Assembly (NCBI GenBank): GCA_048213135.1
Contig: PS015045.1
Span: 37,279-101,278 of the forward strand
Length of the DNA stretch: 64,000 nt
Direction of reading: 5' to 3'
Source of the DNA: Reclinomonas americana ATCC 50394
Lineage: Eukaryota
A program made the position numbers and the translations under genes. Shown in pieces: positions 11,938 to 25,411 of the stretch (the stretch's first letter is position 1; each line of letters begins with the position of its first letter). The notes under the pieces are model-generated. The model did not search any database and was not told where the DNA came from. It was given only the letters and a program-made list of their open reading frames with translations.

Positions 11938-12320
11938 GGTGTCACACAGAGGGAGGGAGAGAGGGTGAGAGCGCGCTGGTGATGTGAATGCGTGAGAGTG
12001 TGGGGGACAGAAAAATCGAGGAGGACAGGTCTTCCTTCTGACCACTTGCCGCTCCTCTTCCTCCTGCTCATCATCATCAGTACGTTCCCTGCGCACAGTT
12101 TCTCTGAGCACCACGAAGAGTACAACTGCAAGTTCAGCGACAGGGAGAGGGAGAACGAAAAAAAGGTTCACTCGACTTATGATGCAACGTCTCTGCAAGG
12201 CCGGAAAGGAATTCAGTTGCTTGCTGTTTGGCGCAGATACTCAACAACCGGATAAAGGCGCTTCGTGAAATACACGGTTATGCCCCGACGAGAGAGAAAG
12301 AGAGCAGAGTCTTGACATCT

Positions 12321-13247
12321 TCACCCCTTCTCTTCCCCTCGGTCCGCACGGCACCGAAACAGCACACACTCGGCATCCTCTACCAGGAAGCAGCGCAGAA
12401 CCATCTCTGCCAACACGCGCGCATCCCCCTCCTCTGTCAGCATCTCCTGGACGGCCTCCATGGCCGCCCTCGCAGCNNNNNNNNNNNNNNNNNNNNNNNN
12501 NNNNNNNNNNNNNNNNNNNNNNNNNNNNNNNNNNNNNNNNNNNNNNNNNNNNNNNNNNNNNNNNNNNNNNNNNNNNNNNNNNNNNNNNNNNNNNNNNNNN
12601 NNNNNNNNNNNNNNNNNNNNNNNNNNNNNNNNNNNNNNNNNNNNNNNNNNNNNNNNCTGACCGTCGGGGGAGACGGCAACCGAGTGCACGACACGCGTGT
12701 GTCCCTGCAGCCGACGCACCTCCTCGCCACTCGCCAGTGACCACACGCGCACACTTCTGTCTCCACATCCGCTCACAATGTGCTGGCCATCGGGAGTGAC
12801 GGCGACTGTGGAGACTCCACTTTGGTGGTTGTCAAATCGTCGCACCTCATTCCCCGTCGCCAGTGACCACACTCGCACAGAGTTGTCACTGCCTGCGCTC
12901 ACGACATACCGACCATCGGGGGTCACAGCAACACACCACAGGTTGTTCAGGTGCCCCTCCATGCGTCGCACCTCCTCGCCACTCGCCAGTGACCACACTC
13001 GCACAATGCTGTCATAGCCGCCACTCACAATGTGCTTGCCGTCGGGGGTGACGGCGACAGAGTACACCCACTTGTTGTGCCCCTCCATGCAACGCACCTC
13101 ATCCCCTGTCGACAGTGACCACACGCGCACTGTGCCATCGTGGATGCCACCCACCACGTGCATTCCATCGGGCGTGACGGCGACAGAGTACACTGCACGT
13201 AGCCAGCTTGACACCCACAGGCTGTTGACGACGAGAGGAAACGACAT
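12321..13247 (-). CDS. WD40 family copy 5 (gap in the last repeats)
   Basis: MSFPLVVNSLW...AVYSVAVTPDGMHVVGG, five repeats visible before the gap; tail ARAAMEAVQEMLTEEGDARVLAEMVLRCFLVEDAECVLFRCRADRGEEKG*. Confidence 0.85.
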   Translation of the reverse strand: MSFPLVVNSLWVSSWLRAVYSVAVTPDGMHVVGGIHDGTVRVWSLSTGDEVRCMEGHNKWVYSVAVTPDGKHIVSGGYDSIVRVWSLASGEEVRRMEGHLNNLWCVAVTPDGRYVVSAGSDNSVRVWSLATGNEVRRFDNHQSGVSTVAVTPDGQHIVSGCGDRSVRVWSLASGEEVRRLQGHTRVVHSVAVSPDGQXXXXXXXXXXXXXXXXXXXXXXXXXXXXXXXXXXXXXXXXXXXXXXXXXXXXXXXXXXXXAARAAMEAVQEMLTEEGDARVLAEMVLRCFLVEDAECVLFRCRADRGEEKG

Positions 13248-13780
13248 CAGCTCGAGAGAGGGAAGAGAAGGCAAAAATAGCTCGACGTTTATGTCCGGGC
13301 GCGTCTGGATCAGCAGCTCACTGTGCCTGCGCTCTCACACAGAGTTAGGAGAGTACTGTAATTGTAGAAACAGCAGGGAAAGTGCCTGGACGCTGCTGGA
13401 AGACAATTTGCGGTGTCGACGTCGACGTCGCAACTCTCTGTGAATCCACTGCGCTCTGAGCACTGTTGCTTTGACCCTTGCATTCTTGTAGCATGGTACC
13501 CTTCATCCTCGATCCTTAACCCTTGCATCCACGACCCTCTGGCAGCTGCAGGACACCGAATTCTAAGGTCAATTACGTATCACTTCGCGCGCGAACTCCC
13601 CTGAGAACTGCTTGCTGGAGAGTGCGTGATGGCGCTCCCACAGCTTCTTCCGTGTGCAAATTGACACGAGACGGCGCTCATTGTTTCTGATTCGGCCCGC
13701 AGGACAAAGGGCCCTCATCACTCAACACGCGCGGGCCCAACGCACGCACGCACACACTCTCACTCTTTACCACAACAACC

Positions 13781-14042
13781 ATGTCAGCACCGCCTCCAGC
13801 AGCAGCAACAGGCACTGCAGGACGCTTCCTGGCACATGCAACGTCGAGCACAGCGGCTCCCGTTTTACGAGTCGACAGCAGCAACAGCAATAGCAACAGT
13901 GCAACAGCGCCCGTGATGATGTCACCAGTCGCACCGCAAGTTCGCGATGCGCAAGTCGAGAAGAGGAAACGAAAGGTGGGCGGTTTTTTCGCGCTTTTTT
14001 GTGTGATTTAGGTGCTTGTTTTNNNNNNNNNNNNNNNNNNNN

Positions 14043-14077
<35 letters not shown>

Positions 14078-17000
14078 GTGAGTGAGTGAGAGAGACAATG
14101 AGTGAGTGAGTGAGAGAGACAATGAGTGAGTGTGTGTGTGTGTGTGTGTCGTTTGCTGACGATTGCTGACGATTGCTCGTCTTTCTCTGCTCTTTAGATC
14201 TTGTTGGATAAGAAGCAGCGGAACCAACTCAAGTTCAAGATCAAGATGCTGTTGCACGATGAGCGATTGCAGCCGCGTGATTGTTGCGTTTGCGAAGCTT
14301 TGCATGTTGGTGTTCGTTTGTCTGTGCGATCGCCTTTCTGCGTTTCTGCATTCCAAGCCATCCTCGCACTCCACTGCCGATGGTCAAGTTACCGCCGCTC
14401 ACGCGCTGTCTATCACGAAGAAGCGACTGTGTTCATTCAAGCACGAGAGTCTTCTTCTCTCCCGCTCTTCCAAAGCACGGCTGATTCGTTGCCTGATATG
14501 TGTCTCTATTGTCTCCCTTTGCTACATGCACACTCCCGATCTCTTTGAGTGAGCCTTGCTCCTGTGTGCTCCTCTTTCCAGTCCAATTGATCATTTTTAT
14601 CTCTCTCTCTCTCTCTATGTATGTGTGCGTGAGTGCGTGAGTGTGTGTCGCTAGATGATCTGGCTTTGACTCCTCTTCCAAAGCACGGCTGATTCGTTGC
14701 CTGATATGTGTCTCTGTTGTCTCCCTCTGCGGCATGCACACTCTCCATCTCTTAGAGTGTGTTAGCTTATGTGTGCTCGTCTTTCTGGTCCATGGGATCA
14801 TTTGCGTCTCACTCACTCTCTCTCTCTCTCTNNNNNNNNNNNNNNNNNNNNNNNNNNNNNNNNNNNNNNNNNNNNNNNNNNNNNNNNNNNNNNNNNNNNN
14901 NNNNNNNNNNNNNNNNNNNNNNNNNNNNNNNNNNNNNNNNNNNNNNNNNNNNNNNNNNNNNNNNNNNNNNNNNNNNNNNNNNNNNNNNNNNNNNNNNNNN
15001 NNNNNNNNNNNNNNNNNNNNNNNNNNNNNNNNNNNNNNNNNNNNNNNNNNNNNNNNNNNNNNNNNNNNNNNNNNNNNNNNNNNNNNNNNNNNNNNNNNNN
15101 NNNNNNNNNNNNNNNNNNNNNNNNNNNNNNNNNNNNNNNNNNNNNNNNNNNNNNNNNNNNNNNNNNNNNNNNNNNNNNNNNNNNNNNNNNNNNNNNNNNN
15201 NNNNNNNNNNNNNNNNNNNNNNNNNNNNNNNNNNNNNNNNNNNNNNNNNNNNNNNNNNNNNNNNNNNNGCAGCAACTGCAGCAGGAGCAACCGCCGTCTC
15301 AGCCGCATCATCACCATCACCACCACCATCACCTCGCACCACCGCAATCCTCGACCAAGCATCACCGATTGTCGCCAACAGACTCGTGGAGGCGATCGTC
15401 GGCCAGTGGAGAAAGAGGAGGAGGAGGTGGTGGTGGTGGTGGTGGTGGAAGTGCAAGGAGGACATCCACCTCGCCCGGCAGTGGGAGACGATCGCGCAGC
15501 CCCACTGCATCGCAGCCTGCGGCAACGTTGCCGCAATCGACGCGACCGACCATTACTGCACCCCTGCGCACGTCGGCTCTACCGACGACCACGGAACCCT
15601 TGTCGCCGGCCGATTTGTCGCGACTGAACAAGTCGCCACGCTCGCCAGAGGATGCTGCCGCCGCTCGCGCGTTCCTCGCGTCGGTTATGGGCGCGCCACC
15701 ACCTCCAGCGACCACCACCACCACCACGTCCACGACGACCACGGCCACGTCGCCACCGCCTGTGGTCTTTAACGCAGCGCCGTCGGCATTCTCACCTCCG
15801 CGCGTGCGTGCCAACGGCACGGGTGCGTCGCCACCGCGACAGAGAGAGGACGCAGCAGCAGCTCGAAACATGCCCTCGCAGTTTATCGCACAAGCGCCGC
15901 CCTCTGCCGACTTGTTTGCCGAAGCCAGCAAGCAATTATTGGCGCATGTGGGATCGTTGCGTTTCTCGACTCGGCGTGCTCTCGAAGGGGGATGACATGG
16001 TTGCCTCACTCTCTCTCGCAGTCCACCTGCGCAGGAGGCTGGCGGAGCGAATGGCAGCTTTCTCGCACCTCCAACATCTGCTTCGAATGTTCAGCGTGCC
16101 TTTACACCGCCGAGCTCGCCACCAGCACCCGCGCCACCTGTGCACACACCCGTTCCGTCCACCGTATCGCGCAGGTGAGCGCAGTGTTCCTTCATTGTTC
16201 GTGTGTCTCGCCACGCACTCACTCGCTTCCATATGGGGCAGTTCTGACGCCTCACCGTCACCCGCGCTCTGTATTCTCGTCCGAGCCGTTGCCAGTCCGG
16301 CCATGTCGATTGAGGTGTCACCGCGCACCACTGTGGGCAAACTGAAATCACTGATTCAGGAGCGGAACGGTGCACCGGTGGAGGCACAGCGGCTGGTGTT
16401 CCTCGGTCGTATGTTGGACGACGACTCACGATCACTGGCCGACCTCAAGGTCACCAACGACAGCACCGTGCAACTGGCTGTGCGTGGTCAGCGGCGCGAT
16501 GTGAACGGGACGGTGACCATGTCGCCACTCACGCTGATGGTGCCGGGACAGATGCCAGTTGCGTGAGAAACACGATCCATTGCTGCCAGGCAGCACCGCC
16601 ATCCGTGTTTCAACTCTCCTGATTTACTCTTCTCGTTGTCTGTTCTCATTTTTATGTCATGCTGTCTCGCCTCACTTACTCTCCAAGCTCACGCTTCCCT
16701 TTCCTCTCTCACATATCTATTTTGTCTCCGTTCTTATCGTGGACCATCCATCTCGTGTCTTCCCTCGTCGTACTCATCGCTGCAGCTGTCCTTCGCGTGC
16801 CTGTGATCTCGCTTTCATCCTTTCTCGCTTCATGCGTCAACCCTCTTCCTTTGTCTTCCTCCTGCCCCTCTAGCTCACACACTCTGCTTCTGTCCGTCCC
16901 TCTCAGTCCCTCTCTCATCCTCTCCCTCTCCGTCTCCCTCTTCCCTCTTCCCTCTCCCTGTCCCTCTCCCTGTCCCTGTCCCTCTTCCCTCTTCCCTCTC

Positions 17001-17806
17001 CCTGTCCCTCTCCCTCTCCCTCTCTCTCGCCCTCTCCCTCTCCCCCTCTCTCGCCCTCTCCCTCTCCCTCTCCCTCTCCCTCTCCCTCTCCCTCTCCCTC
17101 TCCCTCACCTTTGCCCTCTCCCTCACCCTCTCCGCAGCCACCACCTGCCACAGCATCCACCGCTTCCCCTTCCATCCCTTCTGCCCCTTCCGCCCCCTCC
17201 GCCCCTTCCATCCCTTCCGCCGCCCCTCCATCACAAGCAAGCTCCAACGGCTCCTCGCCGGCCAGCTCCGTGTACCTACCACGCACCGCCAGTGCGACGG
17301 TCGGCGCCGGCGTTCCGCTCGGCTACCGCGTCCCGTTGGCCTCGCCGCACTCGCCGGCTACTTCGGACTCGCTGAACACGACCAGTGCCGACATGTCGCC
17401 GTCGACGCCAGGCAGTCACCCGCGGTCGGCCTCGATGAGTCCCACGGCGGCGGCCCGTGTTCGTGCACGGATACGCGACGTGTGTGCACGCTCGGAAGAC
17501 GCCATGCGTCCATCGCACCCCGCTCGTCGTGTGTGGAAGGACATTATGCGTGCACATGCTGCGCTGGGAGCGGATCACAAGGTGGAGTGCTTGAAGGTCG
17601 AATCGTTGCTCGGTGAGTCTCTTGCTGTTGTTGTCGTGAACGGGCTTTCTGTCGTGTGACTCAACTCCCGATCAGAGGAACTGTCGGCCATTGTTACCGA
17701 GCAGACCAATCTTCTGTCGTTTATCATGGAACGCGGTGGCATTCCGCAGGCGCCCATGTCGCCTCCCAGTGGCACGCACCAAAACGGATTCGACATGAAA
17801 TTGTAA
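13781..17806 (+). CDS. Low-complexity (Q/H/G/T/P-rich) protein with an internal ubiquitin-like domain and a C-terminal helical region; multi-exon
   Basis: ATG 13781. Ubl-like segment ILVRAVASPAMSIEVSPRTTVGKLKSLIQERNGAPVEAQRLVFLGRMLDDDSRSLADLKVTNDSTVQLAVRG at ~16273-16490 (QRL.F.G..L.D motif). Last exon EELSAIVTEQTNLLSFIMERGG...FDMKL ends at TAA 17804-17806. Continuity across the 14832-15268 gap is inferred. Confidence 0.6.
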
Positions 17807-17944
17807 ACCACGCTGTACTAAGTAAGGCATTTCTTATCCACACACTTTAAAGAGAGAGAGAGAAAGTAACAAGATTTGAACAAGATTGGCTGTCGATTCA
17901 CACACGCGGACGAGGCACGCGGACCACCGACGAAAAACATATCA

Positions 17945-20900
17945 TTAGACTCTTCTGGACAGCGACGCCGACACACCCGGCTGCTGCTGCTGCTGCTGTG
18001 GAGGCCACGGCGGCAATTCTGTGGAGCTCTGCACGCGTCGTGCAGCCACCGCAGTTGTCGTGGCTGCGCCCGCCGGCACCGCCTGTCGCACAAACTGCAC
18101 GTGCACGAGAATGCACTGCTCCGTGCGACCATCCTCGTCGTTGACAAACACATACACGTGTCGCGTAGCCTCCTGTGATTGGGCCGGCAAGCGCAAGCGA
18201 ATCCAACCCTTCTCTCCCGGACCGAGGCGCAGTTGCTCCGCTCCCACCGGAATCGACATGAGAGGCGGATGGCTGGTGCGAATGGTGAACGTGCGCGCCA
18301 TTTGGAGTGCGTTGCGGAAGGAGATTTTCTGAGAGGAAGCGAGTGAGTGAGATGCAAGCACACACTCACCCTGAGAAGAATGAATGCCAACACACCCTCT
18401 TCGACTCCTCATTGAGTGGCAACACAATGTCGAACTTGTAGTCCACTGCCGGCGGCGCAGCGTGACACACGGCAAGAGTGGAGTACAGAATGACACCCGC
18501 AGAAGCATCTGCAGAAAATGCGTCAACGGCTGATGCAGCACAAACACAGCAGCCAACGGCTCCGCGTACCGAGCGTGTTGAGAATGATCTCTGCTTGCCC
18601 CGGCTCACGCGGCTGGAACTCCAAATCCAGCACCGTTGTGGAACCCGGCTGCACCACCACCGGCACCGCTGGCACTGTGTTCAACACCGGATTGGACGAC
18701 ACCGTGACCACCTACACACAACAAAAAACCCGCATGTAAGTGACTTGTCCACGTGTGTGCTCCCTCCCTTCTTTTTCTCTCACCTGCATCGGCGCCGCAC
18801 TCGTCAACACCGGCAAGCGCAGCATGTCGCGCGACACCTGGCCAGCCGTCCCATTCACGCTCAGCTTGTTCAGCGGGTGCACCGTCACCTCCCACAAATC
18901 CGTCAAATTGACCAGGAACGAATCGCTGTAGAGGCACACGAGGAAGGTGCTGGGCTGGCCCACGTCGCCGCAACGGACGCGCAAATCCACCAGGTGCATC
19001 TCGCTCTCCACTTGTCGCTTGCGCACCGTCACTTGCGCCTCGGGTGTCGTGGAGCATCCGTACCGCTGCTCCACCGGATACAAACGCACCGAGCTCACGC
19101 TGTTGCCGACGGCGGAGGACGGTGGCGGTGGACCGTCGGTCCACGCCTGCGCGTCTGAGACGGCGCCGGGGAAGAGGTGGGCCATGTAGGCGTCGCCGAG
19201 TGTGCCCGGTCGCAGGCACAGGCTCTTGCGGAAGATCTCGTTGCGGCCGCAATAGAACGAAAAGTGACTGTCGACCACGTGCGGGCGCATCTCGATCTCG
19301 AACGACAGAATGCGGAACACGTCGCCCGAGCCGTCGTAGATGGTCACCTCGGCGTGCCGCAGCTGACCGCCGCGTCGACGCAGGGTGTCCACAGGAATGT
19401 CGGGGGCGCGCAACGTCTTGAACACAAACGGCAACTGCAGCGTCTCTCCCGGATGTACCGTGACCACGCCGTCGCGATCGGCCAAACCCTCCTCCACTGG
19501 AATTCCGCTGCGTGCTCGGCCAGCGGCAAACGGATTCGCCTGCTCGGCCGAGATCTCACGCAGCAGCTCCCACTCCACCGGCTCGGTCACCAGTCGCAGC
19601 TCCGATTGATCGCCTGAGGAAGAGGAGGGGTGTGGGCGTCATTGGGGGATGAAGGGGCGCCGAAAGTACTCAAATATACCTTCCACAACCACTCGCAGCA
19701 ACTGCGGCTGCTGTGTGGGATTCTGCAGCGTGTACTCGTAGAACACGGCGTAGCCGACGGAGCTGCGGAGTCGCACCGTGTCGGTCAGGGTCTTGCGCGC
19801 AGCCATTTTGGCGGCCTCGAGTCGGTGATCGGTGCGGTAGTTCTCCACCGACACCATCATTTTGTCGGGCGCACCAATGGCGGCACGCTGGTGATGCAGC
19901 TCCTCGCGCACGCCCTGCATGGGTCGGGCGTGCAGAAGAGGGTTTTCTGGGGGGAGTGGAGGAGAGAGAAAAGGGTGAGGACAGGGGAAGTGTGAATGAG
20001 AGAAGGGAACTGAGAAGGAGTCAGAAAGCAAGAGTGAGAAAGTGCGATATGATGGTACACTAAACGAATGAAGAAGAAGAAGAAGGAGGAGAAGGGGAGA
20101 GGAGAAGAAGAAGAAGAAGAAGAAGAAGAAGAGAGAGAGGAGAGAGCTAACAAGATGAAAGACTGGGAGACATGGGTACGTCCAGTCTCCAAACCGTCAG
20201 TCTCACAGTCTCTCCCTGTCCTTCAAGTCTCAACCTCTCAACCTCTCAGTCTTCCTATCTCTTCTCCCTCCTTCTCCCTTTCCTTCTCCTCCCTCTCCTC
20301 CTCCCTCTCATCTCCTTCCCCCAGCTCACCTGCTGGACCAACCACCGGCAACCCGCTATCATCGCGACAGCCGATGCAGGCCAACCGCAAATGCAACTTG
20401 CCGACCACATACTGCCGTGCGGTGAACGAGTCCACGTCACTGATGACGGGGCACGACAGCAGCTGCTTCACGCCCTGTCGCTGCTGCCGCAGCAGATTGC
20501 GCAACGGCGCATGCACACGCCCAATGACCGTCTGCGTGTCACTGTCCCACACATCGATGACGATGGTGCGGCACATCATGTACTTGAGGAAGTTCTCAAA
20601 CTCGGCCGCGGACATGCCGTTGCGCTCGACGCGGTGGCGGATTTCGAAGCCGCTCTGTGTGAGGAAATAAGGAGGAATGGGTGAGCGTGTGAATTGGGAA
20701 TGAATCTCATGTCTCCTCTCTTCCCTGGCAATCCACACTCTGACTGAGAAAGCCAAAGTGCTGCGCTTGCTCTTGTCTTGCGGACACAGGCATTCCCACT
20801 GTCCTCTCTCATTTTTTCATTGCACTTCAATATCCCCACTGCATTCTTTCTCCTTCCTTTCTGTGGCTCTGCTCCCTCTAAACTCACATTCGACACATGT

Positions 20901-23900
20901 CTCGACTGACGAGAGAGCCAAAACGCTCCCTCTAGCTCTCATGCATCCTGTTCCTTTGTTCACTGCTCCATTGGCCATTTCTCTCTCCCTCACAGACTCA
21001 ATGGACGAGAAACCCACAAAGTTGAGTCGTTCTTTCTCTCGCACACGCACTCCAATTCAAAACAAACCCGACAGATATTTCTCTCGACCCTGTTGTAGCT
21101 TATCAAACCAGAAACATCTCTATGTCCCCTCTTCTGCCCCATCTCGACAGAAACGCCCGCCTCCACTTGACAACCGCATTCTTTCTCCCTCTCTCTCTCT
21201 CGTCCCTTCCATTCCCTTATCTTCCTTCCCCTTCATCCCTCCCTCACGAACATTGTCCATTCCCTTTTCCTTCATCCCCCTTCCCCCGCATGCCCCTTCC
21301 CCNNNNNNNNNNNNNNNNNNNNNNNNNNNNNNNNNNNNNNNNNNNNNNNNNNNNNNNNNNNNNNNNNNNNNNNNNNNNNNNNNNNNNNNNNNNNNNNNNN
21401 NNNNNNNNNNNNNNNNNNNNNNNNNNNNNNNNNNNNNNNNNNNNNNNNNNNNNNNNNNNNNNNNNNNNNNNNNNNNNNNNNNNNNNNNNNNNNNNNNNNN
21501 NNNNNNNNNNNNNNNNNNNNNNNNNNNNNNNNNNNNNNNNNNNNNNNNNNNNNNNNNNNNNNNNNNNNNNNNNNNNNNNNNNNNNNNNNNNNNNNNNNNN
21601 NNNNNNNNNNNNNNNNNNNNNNNNNNNNNNNNNNNNNNNNNNNNNNNNNNNNNNNNNNNNNNNNNNNNNNNNNNNNNNNNNNNNNNNNNNNNNNNNNNNN
21701 NNNNNNNNNNNNNNNNNNNNNNNNNNNNNNNNNNNNNNNNNNNNNNNNNNNNNNNNNNNNNNNNNNNNNNNNNNNNNNNNNNNNNNNNNNNNNNNNNNNN
21801 NNNNNNNNNNNNNNNNNNNNNNNNNNNNNNNNNNNNNNNNNNNNNNNNNNNNNNNNNNNNNNNNNNNNNNNNNNNNNNNNNNNNNNNNNNNNNNNNNNNN
21901 NNNNNNNNNNNNNNNNNNNNNNNNNNNNNNNNNNNNNNNNNNNNNNNNNNNNNNNNNNNNNNNNNNNNNNNNNNNNNNNNNNNNNNNNNNNNNNNNNNNN
22001 NNNNNNNNNNNNNNNNNNNNNNNNNNNNNNNNNNNNNNNNNNNNNNNNNNNNNNNNNNNNNNNNNNNNNNNNNNNNNNNNNNNNNNNNNNNNNNNNNNNN
22101 NNNNNNNNNNNNNNNNNNNNNNNNNNNNNNNNNNNNNNNNNNNNNNNNNNNNNNNNNNNNNNNNNNNNNNNNNNNNNNNNNNNNNNNNNNNNNNNNNNNN
22201 NNNNNNNNNNNNNNNNNNNNNNNNNNNNNNNNNNNNNNNNNNNNNNNNNNNNNNNNNNNNNNNNATCCCCTTCCCCTTCATCCCCCATCCCCCTCATCCC
22301 CCTTTCCCCGTCATCCCCCTTACCCCTCATCTCATCCCACTCACCGTCTGCGCACCCGCCGCATCCGTCGCATGATGTGACGCCGAATCGTGGGAGAGCA
22401 GGCACATGGGATCATTCGGATCGGCACCGCGCACGAGCTGCATCGGCGCCCGACGAGTGTTGACCAGTGGGAACCAGAAGAAGCGCACGGAAAAGTGCAC
22501 GCGACGTGGAGGACCAGCGTAGCCGCCTGCAACGCACGCCACAGCCGTGAGACTCGGCACAAGAGATCGTACATGCGCGCAAAGACAAACCGAGCGGGAC
22601 TGCAGTCGTGTCCGCCGGTGTGTAGGCCCAGAATTGGGCGACAAACTCGTTCACGTCCAGCACATCGGTACTCTCCAACGCAAAGTCAATGTCGTCCAGC
22701 GCCTGTGGCCAGTCATTCAGTCAGCTCCTCCATTCGATTTGGTGCACAGAAGAGAGAGACGGCGACGCACCTTGGCATTCGGAATCCCGTTGACAGAGCT
22801 GGTGACGTAGCTGACATCGATGAGCGGCAGACCGTGCTCGTTGGTCAGCGTCGGAATGTCCATTTCCATCAACTTGCGCAGCTCCGACCGCGTCATCCGC
22901 ATGCCACTCGGGTAGCCGCCGGGTTGCACGGCCGGTGCGCCGATTGAACTCTGCATCGTCACGGTGAGACATCTTCGGAAGAACGCAAGAGGAGTTGTGG
23001 TGCACTGACCGCCATACTGGCGCCAACAGGCACATGGAAGGTCGACACCGGCAGTTCGTCTTCATCGTCCCACTCGCGGCGCGAGCGTGAGCGCGCATTT
23101 GTCGGTGATATGCTCATCTCAGGCGCCGCCGCGTTGCCGGCATCGGTCATCTTTGCCGGCGGATCGGCCGTTGGGGTTGCTGTCATCATAAATGAATCAC
23201 GAGGTGAGCGTGGAAGTGCTGCACTTTGCTGAAAGGAACAAGCTGACGCAACTGAGCTGGAACACGGCCGATGCCTGCGAATGACCGCCGCTGCGTGTGA
23301 CGGCAAACGCTCGCACAAAGTACCTTCCGCCGGGAGTCAGTCCGTGGAAGGTGGCAACCAGCCCGTTGCCGTCGCGCGTATATCCAAGGACTTCGCGCTT
23401 CAGCGTGTCGACCTTGTCTGCGGGACGGAAATGGTAAGGCACATGCATGATCCCAAAAGGCGGATGCGAAGAAAAGCAGATTCAACTGTCGGTCGAGAAC
23501 GCCGGCGATGAGCACAGCTCAAACTCGTGACGCGACACAATGGCCAACTTGGGCGCCTCCAGCTCCACTTCTGCGGTGGTCGCCGACAACGCGGTGGCCG
23601 ACAGAATCGCTGGCGCTGTGGACCACGCCCGTTAGTTAGCAACAGACAATCACGTGTACTTGTCAGAAGGAGGCGAGCACACACCGGGAGGCACAGGAGC
23701 CGCTGGCTCTGATGGTGGTGGAGGGGCCTGTGCGCGGGCGGGTTCGGCATCCGGCGCCCCCGCACCCGTTGCTTCCTTCGAGGACATCACGTGATGCGTG
23801 CTCGCCTCGTGGTTGACTTGTGCGGGTGCAGGTGTCGGTTGCGGAAGTGGGAGATCTGCAGAGCGATATCACACACGACGCATGAGCATTGAGACTGCAA

Positions 23901-25184
23901 TATATCCACTCCCGGTCCCAGACGAACCCCGAGTGAACTGCGCATGTGCCTGGGAATCGGCCTTGGGCGACAGCACCGAAGGAAGTTCTGCCACGAGCAA
24001 CAAGCGTGTGAGCAATGCAGCAAACCAAGGAGCCACTGAGGACGAAAGTAAGCAACTGGTGTTCGGCCGCGCCATGTACCCGGTGGCCGAGAAGCGACAG
24101 GTGATGGGGTACGTGTCGGGATCATCGGGTCCTGGCGGCGGCAGACAGTACACGGCACAACCGGGCACGAGCAGAGATTCGCGAGGACGCGACTCGAACG
24201 AGAAGAGCCGCCGATCGCCGACCACTGGATGCACGTGCGGCAGCAGCACCAACTGACCGACCACGAAAGATCTCTCAACTGACACGAAAGGTCGTGAGGC
24301 GCTCAGGAGATAAAGGAAGTGCATGATGGCAAACAAACCAATGGAGGCGGCGCCAACAGAGGACCCAGCAGCCAGCAGAGGCGCGGTACTGCTCAGCGGC
24401 AGTGGAATGTGCGCGACAAACACCAACTCGATGACGAGCGCCACGGAGGGATCGGAGAATGGGGCTTCAGTGGTGAGGCTTCCGTGGAACTCAAAGACTC
24501 GAGGGCGAACTGCGGGGGAAGATGTAAGGCAAGGGAGGAGAGGGGAGGGAAAGGGAAAGCGGGAAGGGGGCAAGGGGTTAAAGAAGGTGGGACACGGAAA
24601 GGGGAAGGAAAGAGTGGGGGAGAGAAAGGGCAAGCGAAGGGGGTAGGCTGAAGGCGGAGGAACAAGGTGAATAAGGAATGGGGAAAAGGAGAGGAATACA
24701 GAATGGGGAAGGAAAAGACACAGCGTGAGAGAGGAGAGGGAGGGAAAGCAAAGGGGGAAGAGGGCAAGGGGGCAAGGGGTTAAAAAGATGGGAAGGGAAA
24801 AGAGTGGGACACGGAAAGAGAAACGAAAGAGATTGGGAGAGGTGAGGGAAAGGGGGACAGGGGGTAGGAGGGATAAGGTGACTAAGGAATGGGGAAAGGG
24901 AGAGGGACGCAGAATGGGGAAGGAAAAGAGACTGCGAAAGGGAGGAGGGGGAGTGAGAAGAAGAACAGAGACTAAAGGTGTCACAGTCTGCAAGCATGAG
25001 AGAATGAGAGAGAGAGAGAGACAGATAGACTGAAGGATAGTGAAAGACAAAGAGAATGGAGTGGAGATTGAGAAAGAGTAAGAAGAAAGAGACAGACAGA
25101 GAGAGAGAGACAGTGAATGAGAAGATGAACAAAGACTCGAAGGCGTCACAGGCTGCAACCACGAGACAGAGAGTAGGTGACACG

Positions 25185-25231
<47 letters not shown>

Positions 25232-25367
25232 CGCGACGAGAGACGACGACGACGACGTACGGCGGACGGTACGGGTCGTACGTTCGGTTCGGGTTCCGGG
25301 NNNNNNNNNNNNNNNNNNNNGAGACGACGACGACGACGAGACGACGACGAGAGAGAGAGAGAGAGAG

Positions 25368-25411
<44 letters not shown>

